The notes: a model not told the origin generated them from the sequence alone. 64,000 nt of DNA from Alphaproteobacteria bacterium (GCA_041908065.1 JAYRGC010000028.1:8206-72205), one strand, 5' to 3'; shown: positions 1-9,897, counted from the first letter of the stretch. Numbers and translations are program-made.

Positions 1-64
1 CCGTCTCCGATTTCTATCTCTGCCGGATGTGCCCTTATGCCGAGCGCTGCTGGAAGGAGGCCGC

Positions 65-1354
65 ATGAGCGAGTTTATGCCATCGCCATGCCAGGCCGAG
101 GCGATCCGCAAGATCAGCGAATGGTTCACGAGCCGCACGAAGGAGCAGCAGGTGTTTCGCCTGTTCGGTTATGCGGGCACGGGAAAGACCACCATCGTTC
201 GCCATGTCGTCGAAGAGCTTGGGCTGGATACGCTGGACAAACAGAACTTCTGCGACGGCGGTGTTCTTTACGGGGCGTTCACCGGCAAGGCCGCTCTCGT
301 CATGACGCGCAAGGGAACGCCAGCTTCGACGATCCACAGTTTGATCTACCGCGTGTCGGAAGCGACGCCGCAGGAAATCGAGCGCGTCGAGAAGGAGCTC
401 GCCGATCTTGTGGCACGGGTCGGCCAAATGGGGCCAGCCGAGCGCACCTTCGCCCTGACGCAAATTAAACGCCTTGAACTGCGGCTTATGGATATCCACA
501 CGCCGCGCTTCGTTTTGAACGAACAGTCCCTTGTGCGCGACGCCGATCTTCTCGTGCTCGACGAAGTCTCGATGGTCGGCGAGGAAATGGCGAACGATCT
601 GCTCGCTTTCGGCACGCCGATTCTCGTTCTAGGCGATCCCGGTCAGTTGCCGCCGATCAAAGGCGAAGGCGCGTTCACGGATACGACGCCGGACGTGATG
701 CTGACGGAAATCCATCGCCAAGCCGAAGCTAGCGCCATCATCCGCCTCGCCACCATGGCGCGGCGGAACATCGCCATTCCCTTCGGCCAGCACGATGACT
801 TCGTATGGAAGATGCCACAGCGCGACGTGACGTTTGATCAGATGTTAAACGGCGGGCAAGTCCTTTGCGGCCTGAACGCGACGCGCATTCGGCTTAACAG
901 CGGCATGAAACGGGCGGCGGGCTTCGAGGAAGCCTATCCGACGGGGCGCGGCGAAAAGATCATCTGCCTTAAGAACCGGCACGATCTCGGCATCGTCAAC
1001 GGCATGTTCCTTGAGCTTTCCGACATCCGCGACGAGGACGCTTATCGCTTCAGCGCGGAGGCCAGGACGGAAGACGGACAGCAGCTTCCCGGACGACAGC
1101 GTTTTTACAAAGGGCATTTTGACGACCACGTCCATTACGACCCGCAACGCTCGAACCGCGACTGGCGCGAGATCAAAAACCTTATCGAGACCGTCTGGGG
1201 CTACGCCATCACCTGCCACAAATCCCAAGGCTCGCAATGGGAAAACGTGATCGTGTTCGACGATAAGTTCGGACACCGCAAACCGGACATCCGCGCTCGC
1301 TGGCTTTATACGGCGATCACGCGAGCCGAGAAAGGCTTGGTGATCCTTGATTGA
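65..1354 (+). CDS. RecD/Dda-like SF1 DNA helicase (phage/plasmid type)
   Basis: Walker A GYAGTGKTT, Walker B LLVLDEVSMV, GDPGQLPPI, C-terminal AITCHKSQGSQW. ATG at 65 follows AAGGAGG (ORF open from GTG 29). Confidence 0.85.
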   Translation: MSEFMPSPCQAEAIRKISEWFTSRTKEQQVFRLFGYAGTGKTTIVRHVVEELGLDTLDKQNFCDGGVLYGAFTGKAALVMTRKGTPASTIHSLIYRVSEATPQEIERVEKELADLVARVGQMGPAERTFALTQIKRLELRLMDIHTPRFVLNEQSLVRDADLLVLDEVSMVGEEMANDLLAFGTPILVLGDPGQLPPIKGEGAFTDTTPDVMLTEIHRQAEASAIIRLATMARRNIAIPFGQHDDFVWKMPQRDVTFDQMLNGGQVLCGLNATRIRLNSGMKRAAGFEEAYPTGRGEKIICLKNRHDLGIVNGMFLELSDIRDEDAYRFSAEARTEDGQQLPGRQRFYKGHFDDHVHYDPQRSNRDWREIKNLIETVWGYAITCHKSQGSQWENVIVFDDKFGHRKPDIRARWLYTAITRAEKGLVILD

Positions 1355-1895
1355 CCTGAACGATGTTTCGCCGCCAACCCCGACGGTTCGTTACGATCTG
1401 GACGCCATAGCCGAAAGGCTGCGCGGACGGGCAGAAAGCTGGGTGCCGCAGCTGTTTCCAAACGGCACGCGCAAAGAGGACGAATGGAGGCTCGCGAACA
1501 TTCGCGGCGACGCCCCGCGCAAGATCGGCTCCTGCGTCATCACGCTTAAAGGCGAACATGCGGGCGATTGGAAAGATTTCGACGGCAACCGAAAAGGCGG
1601 CGGCCCGCTCAGCGCTATTGAACACGCGACAGGTCTCACGGGGCGCGAACTGTTCGCCTACGCTGCCGAGCTTGTCGGCTGGTCGCAGGCCGCGCCGCAA
1701 AAACAGATGCCTGCGTCCGTCTCGAAGCCCGAAAAAGACAGCGCGCGCGAAATCGACATCATCCTGTCCCGAACGCAATCAATCCACGACACGCTCATTG
1801 AGACCTATTTTGAATCGCGAGGACTGATCTGCCCCGCAACGCCCGATCTTCTCTTTCACCCCGACCTTGCGCATTGGGATACCAAGACCGGCTAA
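1347..1895 (+). pseudogene. 5' fragment of a phage primase-like gene, cut at the IS3 junction
   Basis: N-terminal region (GSCVITLKGEHAGDWKDFDG..GGPL) parallels the N-terminus of the 30550 primase/helicase (SLVVELHGDKAGLWHDFATGAGGDI). No toprim/ATPase part follows. The ORF ends where IS3 orfB sequence begins on the other strand. Confidence 0.55.
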
Positions 1896-1896
1896 A

Positions 1897-2130
1897 CACA
1901 AAGCCTTCGCGCTTGAGCATCACCGCCAGCCGCTTATAGCCAAACCGCCGACGCTCAGCCGCGATCCGCTTCATGGCGATCCGTAGGGCGTCGTCGTTCC
2001 GCTTCGTCTTGTAGTGCGCTGTCCCACGACTGAGCCCCACAATCCGCCCAGCCCGCCGCGCCGACACACCAAACAGATGTTGCAGCTTTTCTACCGCCTG
2101 CCTCTTCTGGGCAGGCTTGCTCAGTTTTTT
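1897..2130 (-). pseudogene. IS3 transposase OrfB, 5' fragment only
   Basis: The -1 frame after the slippery site reads KKLSKPAQKRQAVEKLQHLFGVSARRAGRIVGLSRGTAHYKTKRNDDALRIAMKRIAAERRRFGYKRLAVMLKREGF, then loses similarity. No DDE domain. Confidence 0.7.
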
Positions 2131-2381
2131 CTGAGTAGCTCCTTCATCATCGCTTTATCAAGCTCGGCTTCCGCCAATAGCTTCTTCAGCTTCGCATTCT
2201 CAGATTCCAGAGCCTTCAGCCGCTTGGCGTCCGACACTTCCATCCCGCCGAACTTGGCTTTCCAGTTATAAAAGGTTCCCTCGCTGATCCCGTGACGGCG
2301 GCACAGCTCGCCCGTCTTGGCCCCGGCCTCCGCTTCCTTCAACACGCGGATGATCTGTTCTTCCGTAAATCGCTTCTTCAT
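2121..2381 (-). CDS. IS3-family transposase OrfA (HTH + leucine zipper)
   Basis: MKKRFTEEQIIRVLKEAEAG..GISEGTFYNWKAKFGGMEVSDAKRLKALESENAKLKKLLAEAELD is a typical IS3 OrfA pattern. Confidence 0.9.
   Translation of the reverse strand: MKKRFTEEQIIRVLKEAEAGAKTGELCRRHGISEGTFYNWKAKFGGMEVSDAKRLKALESENAKLKKLLAEAELDKAMMKELLRKN
2124..2130 (-). promoter_or_regulatory. -1 ribosomal frameshift heptamer A_AAA_AAC of the IS3 remnant
   Basis: orfA ends AGA AAA AAC TGA. Shifting -1 at A_AAA_AAC enters the OrfB frame. Confidence 0.6.
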
Positions 2382-3175
2382 CGTCTGCTCCTTTGCTCAG
2401 GTTGCAGACTCTAAACCATTTTGGCTCAGTTTTTGGGGAGAACGTCACCGGTTTGACAAAATTTTTAATCTAAACAGGAAACCTTTTCTAGTTATGGCAG
2501 ATCAGATTCCAAAAGTGATTCAACCGGGCGAGCAATGGATGGGACAAGCATTACAAGATGCCAATATCGAAAGAATGGGATCTGAAGGATTTTTGTATGC
2601 GGTGATCATCCATTCAATGGGCAAGAAAGAAGTTTTACACAGAATCAAAATCTCGAAAGAAAAATCGTGATTCACATCAATACGTTAGCTCGATAGAAAT
2701 TGTCGTGCCAGTTACCTCTGCCCCGCCACCCATCCAAATTGGATGGGTGAAGGTCAAATTATACTAGCAATTTCAACAAGTTATAAGTGATTGAAAATTC
2801 TGCCTCAATGAGGACATTTATCCGAATTGGATTGGATAAAAATTCCTCGAGTCGGGTTCGATAAGTATGGTTATTAACGGTCAGAGATGCGAAAACTCTC
2901 TACGGAACCCGACTTTTCAGTAGAGAGAAGTTCGAACAATTTCGAAACTCAAGCGCTCGGTCAGCAGTCGTTGTGGAGCATGGTGCGTTCTAGAGTAAAC
3001 AGAGACGTGTGGGCCATGCATCGTGGCTGGATCGTTCTTGGACGTGATGCGATTAGCAGTCATGGCGCTGGCACATCTGCAGAAAGACAGTAAAAGAATC
3101 CAACATCAACGACATTGCCATTCACATGATCCGGCGCTATGGTAGTGAGTGGTTACTATCTTATGGGGATCAAAA

Positions 3176-3787
3176 GTGAAAACTCGAACGGAACACCTTT
3201 CTGCAGATAAGCGAAAAGATGCTACGATTCAGGCTGTTTTGACTTTGGCAGGCTCCCAGAATCCCAGCGAAATTACTACAGCGGCGATAGCCGAGCATAT
3301 GAATGTGACGCAAGGGGCTCTTTTTCGCCACTTCCCGAACAAAGAGGCTATTTGGGAGACGGTGCTGCAGTGGGCCGCAAAAAAACTAATCAACTGCATA
3401 GACAAAGCGACTATCGAGGATTGCTCTTTTTTGAAAGCGCTGGAGGTTTTGTTTATGAGCCATGTCAAGTTTGCGATGGAACACCCCGGTGTGCCGCGCA
3501 TGATGTTTGGCGAACTACAACGTGCCGGATCGACACCTGCTAAATGCGTTGTGCAGAAACTTATCGAGCAGTATCGTCATCGGGTTCAGGAGATCATTAA
3601 GAAGGGAAAAAAAGCAGGTGAAATCGACTCGACCCTAGATGTAGAGGCGGCTTCGATCCTGTTTATAGGTACGATACAAGGCTTGGTCATGCAGTCGCTC
3701 ATTGCGGGAGACGTATCACAGATGCAGCGCGAAGCGACAAAAGTTTTCAAGATTTATCGACGCGGAATCAGTAGAGGGATGTCATGA
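3176..3787 (+). CDS. TetR/AcrR-family transcriptional regulator
   Basis: HTH ITTAAIAEHMNVTQGALFRHFPNKEAIW. GTG 3176 after GGGGA (ORF open from 3149). Stop overlaps the next ATG (ATGA). Confidence 0.85.
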   Translation: MKTRTEHLSADKRKDATIQAVLTLAGSQNPSEITTAAIAEHMNVTQGALFRHFPNKEAIWETVLQWAAKKLINCIDKATIEDCSFLKALEVLFMSHVKFAMEHPGVPRMMFGELQRAGSTPAKCVVQKLIEQYRHRVQEIIKKGKKAGEIDSTLDVEAASILFIGTIQGLVMQSLIAGDVSQMQREATKVFKIYRRGISRGMS

Positions 3788-4935
3788 AACAGCTTGGTTT
3801 TCAGCGCCGCGTGTTTTTTGTAGGTGGCGTGCTTGGCCTCCTGCTTATTCTGTTTGTGTATGTTGGCGTGCGCTCTGGGCCTTTGGCTCCCGTTGATGTA
3901 ACAAGCACGACGGTTAAATCACAAAGAATATCCCCTGCAATCTTTGGTATTGGTATTGTTGAGGCGCGTTATACTTATAAAATTGGTCCAACGTCTTCTG
4001 GACGGATCAAAACCCTAGATGTTCATGTCGGTGATTTCGTCAAAGCAGGCCAAATTGTTGGCGAAATGGATCCGATTGATCTTGATGACAAGATCAGAGC
4101 TTTAGACTCTGCTCGTAAGAAAGCCGAGGCGTTAAGAAATGAAGCCGAAGTTCGTCGCGCTTATGCACAAACCCAAGAACAGCGCTATATGAAACTGTCG
4201 GCTTCTCGTGCAACAAGTGACGAGACGTATGTTACAAAAAAGCAAGAGTTACAAATAGCAGAGGCAGCTTTTGTTGCCGCAAACGAAGAACTTGGTCGTA
4301 CGTATGCGGAGCATGACGCGCTTCTTGCCCAACGCAATAATCTCAAACTCGTTTCCCCTGCAGATGGAATAGTTGCCCTTCGTGATGCCGATCCGGGGAC
4401 AACTATTGTCGCGGGACAGCCTATTATTGAGATTATTGATCCGCAAACCTTATGGATTAACACCCGCCTTGACCAGACGAACACACAAAATTTAACGGAA
4501 GGGTTGCCTGCCGATATTGTCTTGCGTTCTCGAAAAGAACGCCCGCTGAAGGGCCGCGTTTATCGCGTTGAACCGAAGGCGGACTCGGTAACAGAAGAAA
4601 CCATAGCCAAAATTGTTTTTCAGGAGATTCCTTCTCCTTTACCACCGACAGGAGAACTTGCGGAAATCACCATTCAATTGCCTGCGCTGGATCCTCTACC
4701 AGTCATTCCGAATGCGGCCATTCACCGCGACGAGGGAAAGACGGGCGTTTGGACGTTACAGCAAGGCCGATTGTCTTTTGTTGTTGTTAAACTGGGAGAG
4801 TCCGATCTTGATGGAAACGTTCAAGTGAAGGAGGGAATTAAGGAGGGGGAAGAAATCGTCGTATATAGCGAGAAGCCTTTGTCCCAGCGCCATAGCATTC
4901 GCATCGTTCAAGAAATTCCTACGGTTCGAAAATGA
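3784..4935 (+). CDS. HlyD-family periplasmic adaptor (MacA/DevB-like)
   Basis: N-terminal TM, lipoyl-like GRIKTLDVHVGDFVKAGQIVGEMDP, long coiled coil, LVSPADGIV. ATGA overlaps on both sides. Confidence 0.85.
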   Translation: MKQLGFQRRVFFVGGVLGLLLILFVYVGVRSGPLAPVDVTSTTVKSQRISPAIFGIGIVEARYTYKIGPTSSGRIKTLDVHVGDFVKAGQIVGEMDPIDLDDKIRALDSARKKAEALRNEAEVRRAYAQTQEQRYMKLSASRATSDETYVTKKQELQIAEAAFVAANEELGRTYAEHDALLAQRNNLKLVSPADGIVALRDADPGTTIVAGQPIIEIIDPQTLWINTRLDQTNTQNLTEGLPADIVLRSRKERPLKGRVYRVEPKADSVTEETIAKIVFQEIPSPLPPTGELAEITIQLPALDPLPVIPNAAIHRDEGKTGVWTLQQGRLSFVVVKLGESDLDGNVQVKEGIKEGEEIVVYSEKPLSQRHSIRIVQEIPTVRK

Positions 4936-6137
4936 TAAGCCTTGCCGGAAGGGATATTCTTCATTCGTGGGGTAAGTTTGTTTTTACCGGTATTGGTCTT
5001 GGCCTATTAATTGGCGTTACGCTGACTATGGCTGGCGTCTATCGCGGCATGGTTGATGACGGGAAGGCTCTTCTCAATAATAGTGGCGCTGATATGTGGG
5101 TCGTGCAAAGGGGCACGCTTGGCCCTTATGCGGAGGCATCTAATCTGAACGACGATGTTTATCGTAGTTTACTGGCTATGAAGGGCGTTTCCGAGGCTGC
5201 GAATATCACTTATCTGACGATGCAAGTTCGAAGAGGCCCAAAAGATGTTCGCGCTATGGTCGTTGGGATTGTGATGGGCCATAAAAATGGCACGCTCGGA
5301 TGGCCCCCTTATCTTGTGGCTGGAAGGCAAATTACAAGGGGACATTATGAAGCCGTTGCCGATATTGCCACGGGCTTTAATCTTGGGGATCAGATTTCTA
5401 TACGAAGAAACACCTATCAGGTTGTTGGGCTAACGAGGCGGATGGTCTCTTCAAGCGGCGACCCCATGATTTTTGTTCCCCTGAAAGATGCCCAAGAGGC
5501 GCAGTTTCTCAAAGACAACGACGCCATCTGGCAAGGACGTCGCCGCACAGAGAACAATCCCTCTTTTAATCGTCCGAATGTTCCCGATCTGCTCGACGCC
5601 GTGATCGCCTCGCAAAGCACAAACACCTTTGTCAATGCCGTGCTGATAACCGTTAAACAAGGCTACGAGCATCGCGATGTTGCGGAAGCCATTCGCCGTT
5701 GGAAACGCTTGACGGTCTATACGAAAGCAGAGATGGAAGAGATTCTTGTTGGAAAACTTATTGCAACATCAGCCAAACAAATTGCGATGTTTCTTGTTAT
5801 TCTTGCCGTTGTCAGCGCCGCGATTGTCGCCTTTATTATTTATACGCTGACGATGGACAAGATTCGAGAAATTGCAGTTCTTAAGCTCATAGGCACGCGC
5901 AACAGAACCATCGCAGCGATGATTCTTCAACAGGCCCTTGTCTTGGGAATGATCGGATTTGTTGTTGGGAAAATATCGGCAACCTATGCCGCCCCCTATT
6001 TTCCAAAATATATCTTGTTGGTGCCCATGGATTCCATCGCGGGGTTCTTCGCTGTTATGACTATATGTGTGCTGGCAAGTACGGTGGCGATACGCATAGC
6101 CCTTAAAGTTGATCCTGCCGAAGCGATAGGAGGCTAG
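4932..6137 (+). CDS. ABC exporter permease, MacB/DevC (FtsX-like) type
   Basis: N-terminal TM, large periplasmic domain, C-terminal three-TM FtsX-like region. Sits in an operon with the adaptor and ATPase. Confidence 0.85.
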   Translation: MISLAGRDILHSWGKFVFTGIGLGLLIGVTLTMAGVYRGMVDDGKALLNNSGADMWVVQRGTLGPYAEASNLNDDVYRSLLAMKGVSEAANITYLTMQVRRGPKDVRAMVVGIVMGHKNGTLGWPPYLVAGRQITRGHYEAVADIATGFNLGDQISIRRNTYQVVGLTRRMVSSSGDPMIFVPLKDAQEAQFLKDNDAIWQGRRRTENNPSFNRPNVPDLLDAVIASQSTNTFVNAVLITVKQGYEHRDVAEAIRRWKRLTVYTKAEMEEILVGKLIATSAKQIAMFLVILAVVSAAIVAFIIYTLTMDKIREIAVLKLIGTRNRTIAAMILQQALVLGMIGFVVGKISATYAAPYFPKYILLVPMDSIAGFFAVMTICVLASTVAIRIALKVDPAEAIGG

Positions 6138-6141
6138 GATC

Positions 6142-6882
6142 ATGAGAACGGGAATCCATATCCAAGGGCTTAAAAAGCGTTACGGACAAGGCGAAACGGC
6201 AGTTGACGCCCTAAAAGGGATAGATATGGAGGTGTCTTCAGGCGAAGTAGTTGGCTTGATTGGCCCCTCTGGTTCAGGAAAAAGCACGCTCCTAAAATGT
6301 CTGGGCGCTGTCATCGATCCAACGGCAGGTCGCATGACGTTAGGTGATGAAGTTATTTATAATGATGGATGGAATGTTAAAGACCTGCGTGCGTTGAGGC
6401 GAGATAAGATCGGTTTTGTCTTTCAAGCTCCCTATCTTATTCCTTTTCTGGATGTAACGGACAATGTTGCCTTGTTGCCCATGTTGGCTGGTGTTCCAAA
6501 CAAAGAGGCCCGACGGCAGGCTCTGGACTTGCTTGTTGCGCTCGACATTCAACACAGGGCGAAGGCCATGCCTTCCCAATTATCTGGGGGAGAACAGCAG
6601 CGTGTTGCCATTGCTCGCGGACTAGTCAATCATCCCCCCGTCATTCTGGCTGATGAGCCTACAGCCCCTTTGGATTCTGAGCGAGCTATGACCGTAATTC
6701 GCATCTTAAACGACATGGCGCGCCAATTTGATACAGCGGTCATCGTCGTGACGCATGACGAGAAAATAATTCCAACTTTCAAACGTATCTATCGTATACG
6801 CGATGGCGTAACGGTTGAGGAGGCTGGCGAAGGAAAAAGCTTGGCAGATTTGTCGCCCCCAACCCTTTCAAACCAAAACTAG
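6142..6882 (+). CDS. ABC transporter ATP-binding protein (MacB/LolD/DevA-like)
   Basis: Walker A GPSGSGKST, signature LSGGEQQRVAIARGL, Walker B ILADEPT, H-loop VTHD. Confidence 0.9.
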   Translation: MRTGIHIQGLKKRYGQGETAVDALKGIDMEVSSGEVVGLIGPSGSGKSTLLKCLGAVIDPTAGRMTLGDEVIYNDGWNVKDLRALRRDKIGFVFQAPYLIPFLDVTDNVALLPMLAGVPNKEARRQALDLLVALDIQHRAKAMPSQLSGGEQQRVAIARGLVNHPPVILADEPTAPLDSERAMTVIRILNDMARQFDTAVIVVTHDEKIIPTFKRIYRIRDGVTVEEAGEGKSLADLSPPTLSNQN

Positions 6883-6892
6883 TGAGGAAAAA

Positions 6893-7237
6893 ATGGAAAA
6901 CCAGACCCCCATGACAGAAAAACAGAATTTGAAACAGATGTTATCCTTTCAAGCTGGGGCCATTGTAAGCCGAATGCTGGTCAAAAACCCTTCCGGCAAC
7001 GTGACTCTGTTCGCTTTTGATGAAGGTGAAGGGCTGAGCGAGCACACGGCACCTTTTGACGCGCTGGTGATTGGCGTTGAAGGACAGGCAGAGATATCCA
7101 TTAAAGATAAAAGGCAGCTTCTTAATGAGGGAGAAACGCTGTTGCTCCTTGCCAATATCCCACACGCGGTTATGCCGCAGGGAAAATTTAAGATGTTGCT
7201 CATTATGATTCGCGGCGAGGCAAAAGCAACGACGTAA
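6893..7237 (+). CDS. cupin-domain protein
   Basis: GNVTLFAFDEGEGLSEHTAPFDALVIGVEGQAEI...LLANIPHAV resembles the two cupin motifs. ATG 6893 follows GAGGAAA. Confidence 0.7.
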   Translation: MENQTPMTEKQNLKQMLSFQAGAIVSRMLVKNPSGNVTLFAFDEGEGLSEHTAPFDALVIGVEGQAEISIKDKRQLLNEGETLLLLANIPHAVMPQGKFKMLLIMIRGEAKATT

Positions 7238-7763
7238 GTCCTAAAGGAGATTTCTGAATGCTCGCAAAGAAAGTCGTGATAGTAGGTTATTGTTATTAAA
7301 CGAGGAGAGGGCATCATCGCTCTCCCTATCGTTAGTTCGGATCCCAAACGCGCATTCGAAACGTATTAACCATCAGCCTCTTGTAGACAAAAATAAAGAC
7401 GTGCATAATCAACGCGTTAATATGGAGCATGTTCTTCCCCAGTCACGTCCGCCCCGCCATTTAACGATTGCTAACCCTTCTACAAGTTCCTGAGGGGGGT
7501 GGAATAGGCCGGTTTCGGCGCGGGATTCCCCACAAACAGCTGAACATTTACTTGCGCCAGATGGGGCTGCGCGGGACGTTTTCACCTCTCAAAGAGGCCG
7601 CTCTCTCGGCAAGTTCTGAACATCATGGCGAAATGTACGGGCGAAAATGTCCAGAGGTTTCAAGGCTCGCCATACGATCGCGCAAGTTCCCTTCGACAGC
7701 CGTTCGACACGCTCTAGGTCGGCGGCCATAGGGAACGTCGTCCTTGGGGATGCGGAGAAAAGC

Positions 7764-9767
7764 TCAGCAAGCCATGCATCGGATATTCGCGGCGGCCTCG
7801 GTGAAGTGCTTGCGTTCGCGATGCTCGCCTTTTTTGCCGATGTTGAAGCTGTCCACCGGACGGAAATAGCCCATGACCCGCGTCCAAACCTGCGTCGCGT
7901 GGCCGCATTGCGGACATTGCGGCTGCTCGCCATTCAAATAGCCGTGGGTGTCGCAAACCGAGAAAACTGGAGTGACCGTGATGTACGGCAACTGGTAGTT
8001 TTCCAGCACCGAGCGCACGAACTTGCGGCAGGAATCCGCGGAATCCAGACGCTCGTTCATGTACATGTGCAATACCGTTCCGCCGGTGTATTTGCATTGC
8101 AGGCGGTTTTGCAGCTCCAGAGCCTCGAAGGGATCGTCCGTGTGGCCGACCGGTATCTGGCTGCTGTTGGTGTAATAGACGTTGGGGTATTCCCCCGCCT
8201 GCTTGATGTCGTGGAAACGCTTGCGGTCTTCCTTGGCGAAACGATAGGTAGCCCCCTCCGCCGGAGACGCCTCTAGGTTATAGAGGTTGCCGGTCGCTTC
8301 CTGATATTGGCGCAGACGGCCACGGATATGGTCGAGAAGGCGCAGCGTCATCGCTATCCCCTCCTCGTCCGTCAAGTCGTGCCGGCCTTCGGTGAAGTTG
8401 CTCACCATCTCGTTCATGCCGCTGACTCCGATGGTGCTGAAGTGGTTGCGGAACGAGGAAAGGTAACGCCGCGTGTAGGGATAAAGGCCGCGATCGAACA
8501 TCGAGGTGACGAAGGCGCGCTTTTTCTCCAGCGTGCCGTGCGCCAGATCCATCATGCGCTCCATCTCGGCGATCAAGCCCGCCTCGTCGCCTTTGAAGCG
8601 ATAACCCAGCCGCGCCATGTTGATGGTCACGACGCCGATGGATCCGGTCATCTCGGCGGAGCCGAACAGGCCGTTGCCGCGTTTTTGCAGCTCCCGCAAA
8701 TCCAGTTGCAGACGGCAGCACATGCTGCGGACCGCCCCGGGCTTGTAGGCTTCGGGATTGGGGACGCGCTCGCCGTTTTCGCCGCGCATATACTGGCTGC
8801 CGATGAAGTTCTGGAAGTACGAGCTTCCGACCTTCGCGGCGTTGGCAAAAATCGCGTCGGCGATGCGGCTGTTCCAGTCGAAATCCTCGGTGATGTTCAC
8901 GGTGGGGATGGGGAAAGTGAACGGCTGGCCGGTGCTGTCTCCCTCGGTCATCACGTCGTAATAGGCGAGGACGATGCGCTCCATCTCCGGCACGAAGTCG
9001 CCATAGTTCATGTCTTGCAGGCTGGCGATCTCCTGCCTGCGCGCCTGCGCCAGTTTCAACAGCGCGTCAGTTTGCTTGATATGCGCGAAAAGATGCTCGC
9101 CCTTGGCCATCGGCATCTGCTGGCGCAAGTCGTCAGGCACGGTTATGTCCATCGTCACGTTGGTGAACGGCGATTGCCCCCAACGCGCCGGAACGTTCAA
9201 GTTATAGACGAACTGGCGGATCGCTTTGCGAATTTCGTTGTCGTCCAGCTGATCGCGGAAAACATAGGGCGCGAGATAGGTGTCGAAGGAGCTGAACGCC
9301 TGCGCCCCCGCCCATTCCGATTGCAAAATACCGAGAAAGTTGGCCATCTGCCCCAACGCTTCGCGGAAATGGCGCGGCGGACGGCTGGAAACCCGCCCCG
9401 TCACGCCGTTGAAACCCTCGGCCAGCAATTGGCGCAAGCTCCATCCGGCGCAGTATCCGGCAAGGCTGTCGAGATCGTGAATGTGATAGTCGCCTTCGCG
9501 GTGGGCGCGGCCTTCCTCGGCGTCGTAAACCTCGTCCAGCCAGAAATTGGCGATAACTTTTCCGGCGATGTTGTTGACCAGTCCGGCGTGGCTGTAGCCG
9601 ACGTTGGCGTTGGCGTTGATGCGCCAATCGGCCTTCGAGAGATATTCGTCCACGGTTTCAGAGCAGTTTATTCGGGTTCCGTCGAGATAGTCTTCGCTCT
9701 CTCCCTTGGCGGATTGACGGGGTTCAAAGGCGATAACCTTGGCTGAGGAAGCCGATGGATCGAGCAT
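7764..9767 (-). CDS. nrdD: anaerobic ribonucleoside-triphosphate reductase (class III)
   Basis: C-terminal CPQCGH zinc ribbon and glycyl-radical motif TRVMGYFRP, with a long class III RNR core. ATG 9767 is preceded by GGAG. Confidence 0.9.
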   Translation of the reverse strand: MLDPSASSAKVIAFEPRQSAKGESEDYLDGTRINCSETVDEYLSKADWRINANANVGYSHAGLVNNIAGKVIANFWLDEVYDAEEGRAHREGDYHIHDLDSLAGYCAGWSLRQLLAEGFNGVTGRVSSRPPRHFREALGQMANFLGILQSEWAGAQAFSSFDTYLAPYVFRDQLDDNEIRKAIRQFVYNLNVPARWGQSPFTNVTMDITVPDDLRQQMPMAKGEHLFAHIKQTDALLKLAQARRQEIASLQDMNYGDFVPEMERIVLAYYDVMTEGDSTGQPFTFPIPTVNITEDFDWNSRIADAIFANAAKVGSSYFQNFIGSQYMRGENGERVPNPEAYKPGAVRSMCCRLQLDLRELQKRGNGLFGSAEMTGSIGVVTINMARLGYRFKGDEAGLIAEMERMMDLAHGTLEKKRAFVTSMFDRGLYPYTRRYLSSFRNHFSTIGVSGMNEMVSNFTEGRHDLTDEEGIAMTLRLLDHIRGRLRQYQEATGNLYNLEASPAEGATYRFAKEDRKRFHDIKQAGEYPNVYYTNSSQIPVGHTDDPFEALELQNRLQCKYTGGTVLHMYMNERLDSADSCRKFVRSVLENYQLPYITVTPVFSVCDTHGYLNGEQPQCPQCGHATQVWTRVMGYFRPVDSFNIGKKGEHRERKHFTEAAANIRCMAC

Positions 9768-9897
9768 GAGTGACTCCACTAGACGAAACAAGGGGGGACT
9801 TGGAAAATCAGAAAACCGGAACCGCGACACGAAGCCACAACAAGCAGCGCGCTACACCTACCCTCGTCTTTGGCAGCCTCGGCGAGGAAAAACTGAA

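Larger units (their letters stand above)
1897..2447 (-). mobile_element. IS3-family insertion sequence remnant (one end, orfA, first ~57 codons of orfB)
   Basis: orfA/orfB' organisation with an A_AAA_AAC slippery site. Putative terminal sequence TGACGTTCTCCCC near 2447. orfB similarity stops after ...AVMLKREGF. Boundaries approximate. Confidence 0.75.

Noticed and set aside
2317-3093. ORFs 2317-2670 and 2887-3093 in the AT-rich gap after the IS3 remnant
   Set aside because: The first overlaps IS3 orfA and the IS end for half its length. Neither has an RBS or a recognisable motif, so support for calling them genes is insufficient. The region is noted only as ORF-poor.
7589-7933. ORF 7589-7933 and a 46-codon ORF just after the nrdD stop, considered as nrdG
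   Set aside because: There is no CxxxCxxC radical-SAM motif or glycine-rich SAM site. The first ORF overlaps the nrdD 3' end in another frame, and both are too short.
8307-9746. 479-codon ORF on the + strand opposite nrdD
   Set aside because: It lies entirely antisense to a gene with unmistakable NrdD motifs. Its product is Arg/Ala/Gly/His-rich and low in complexity, typical of a shadow ORF in GC-rich DNA. It has no motif and no RBS.
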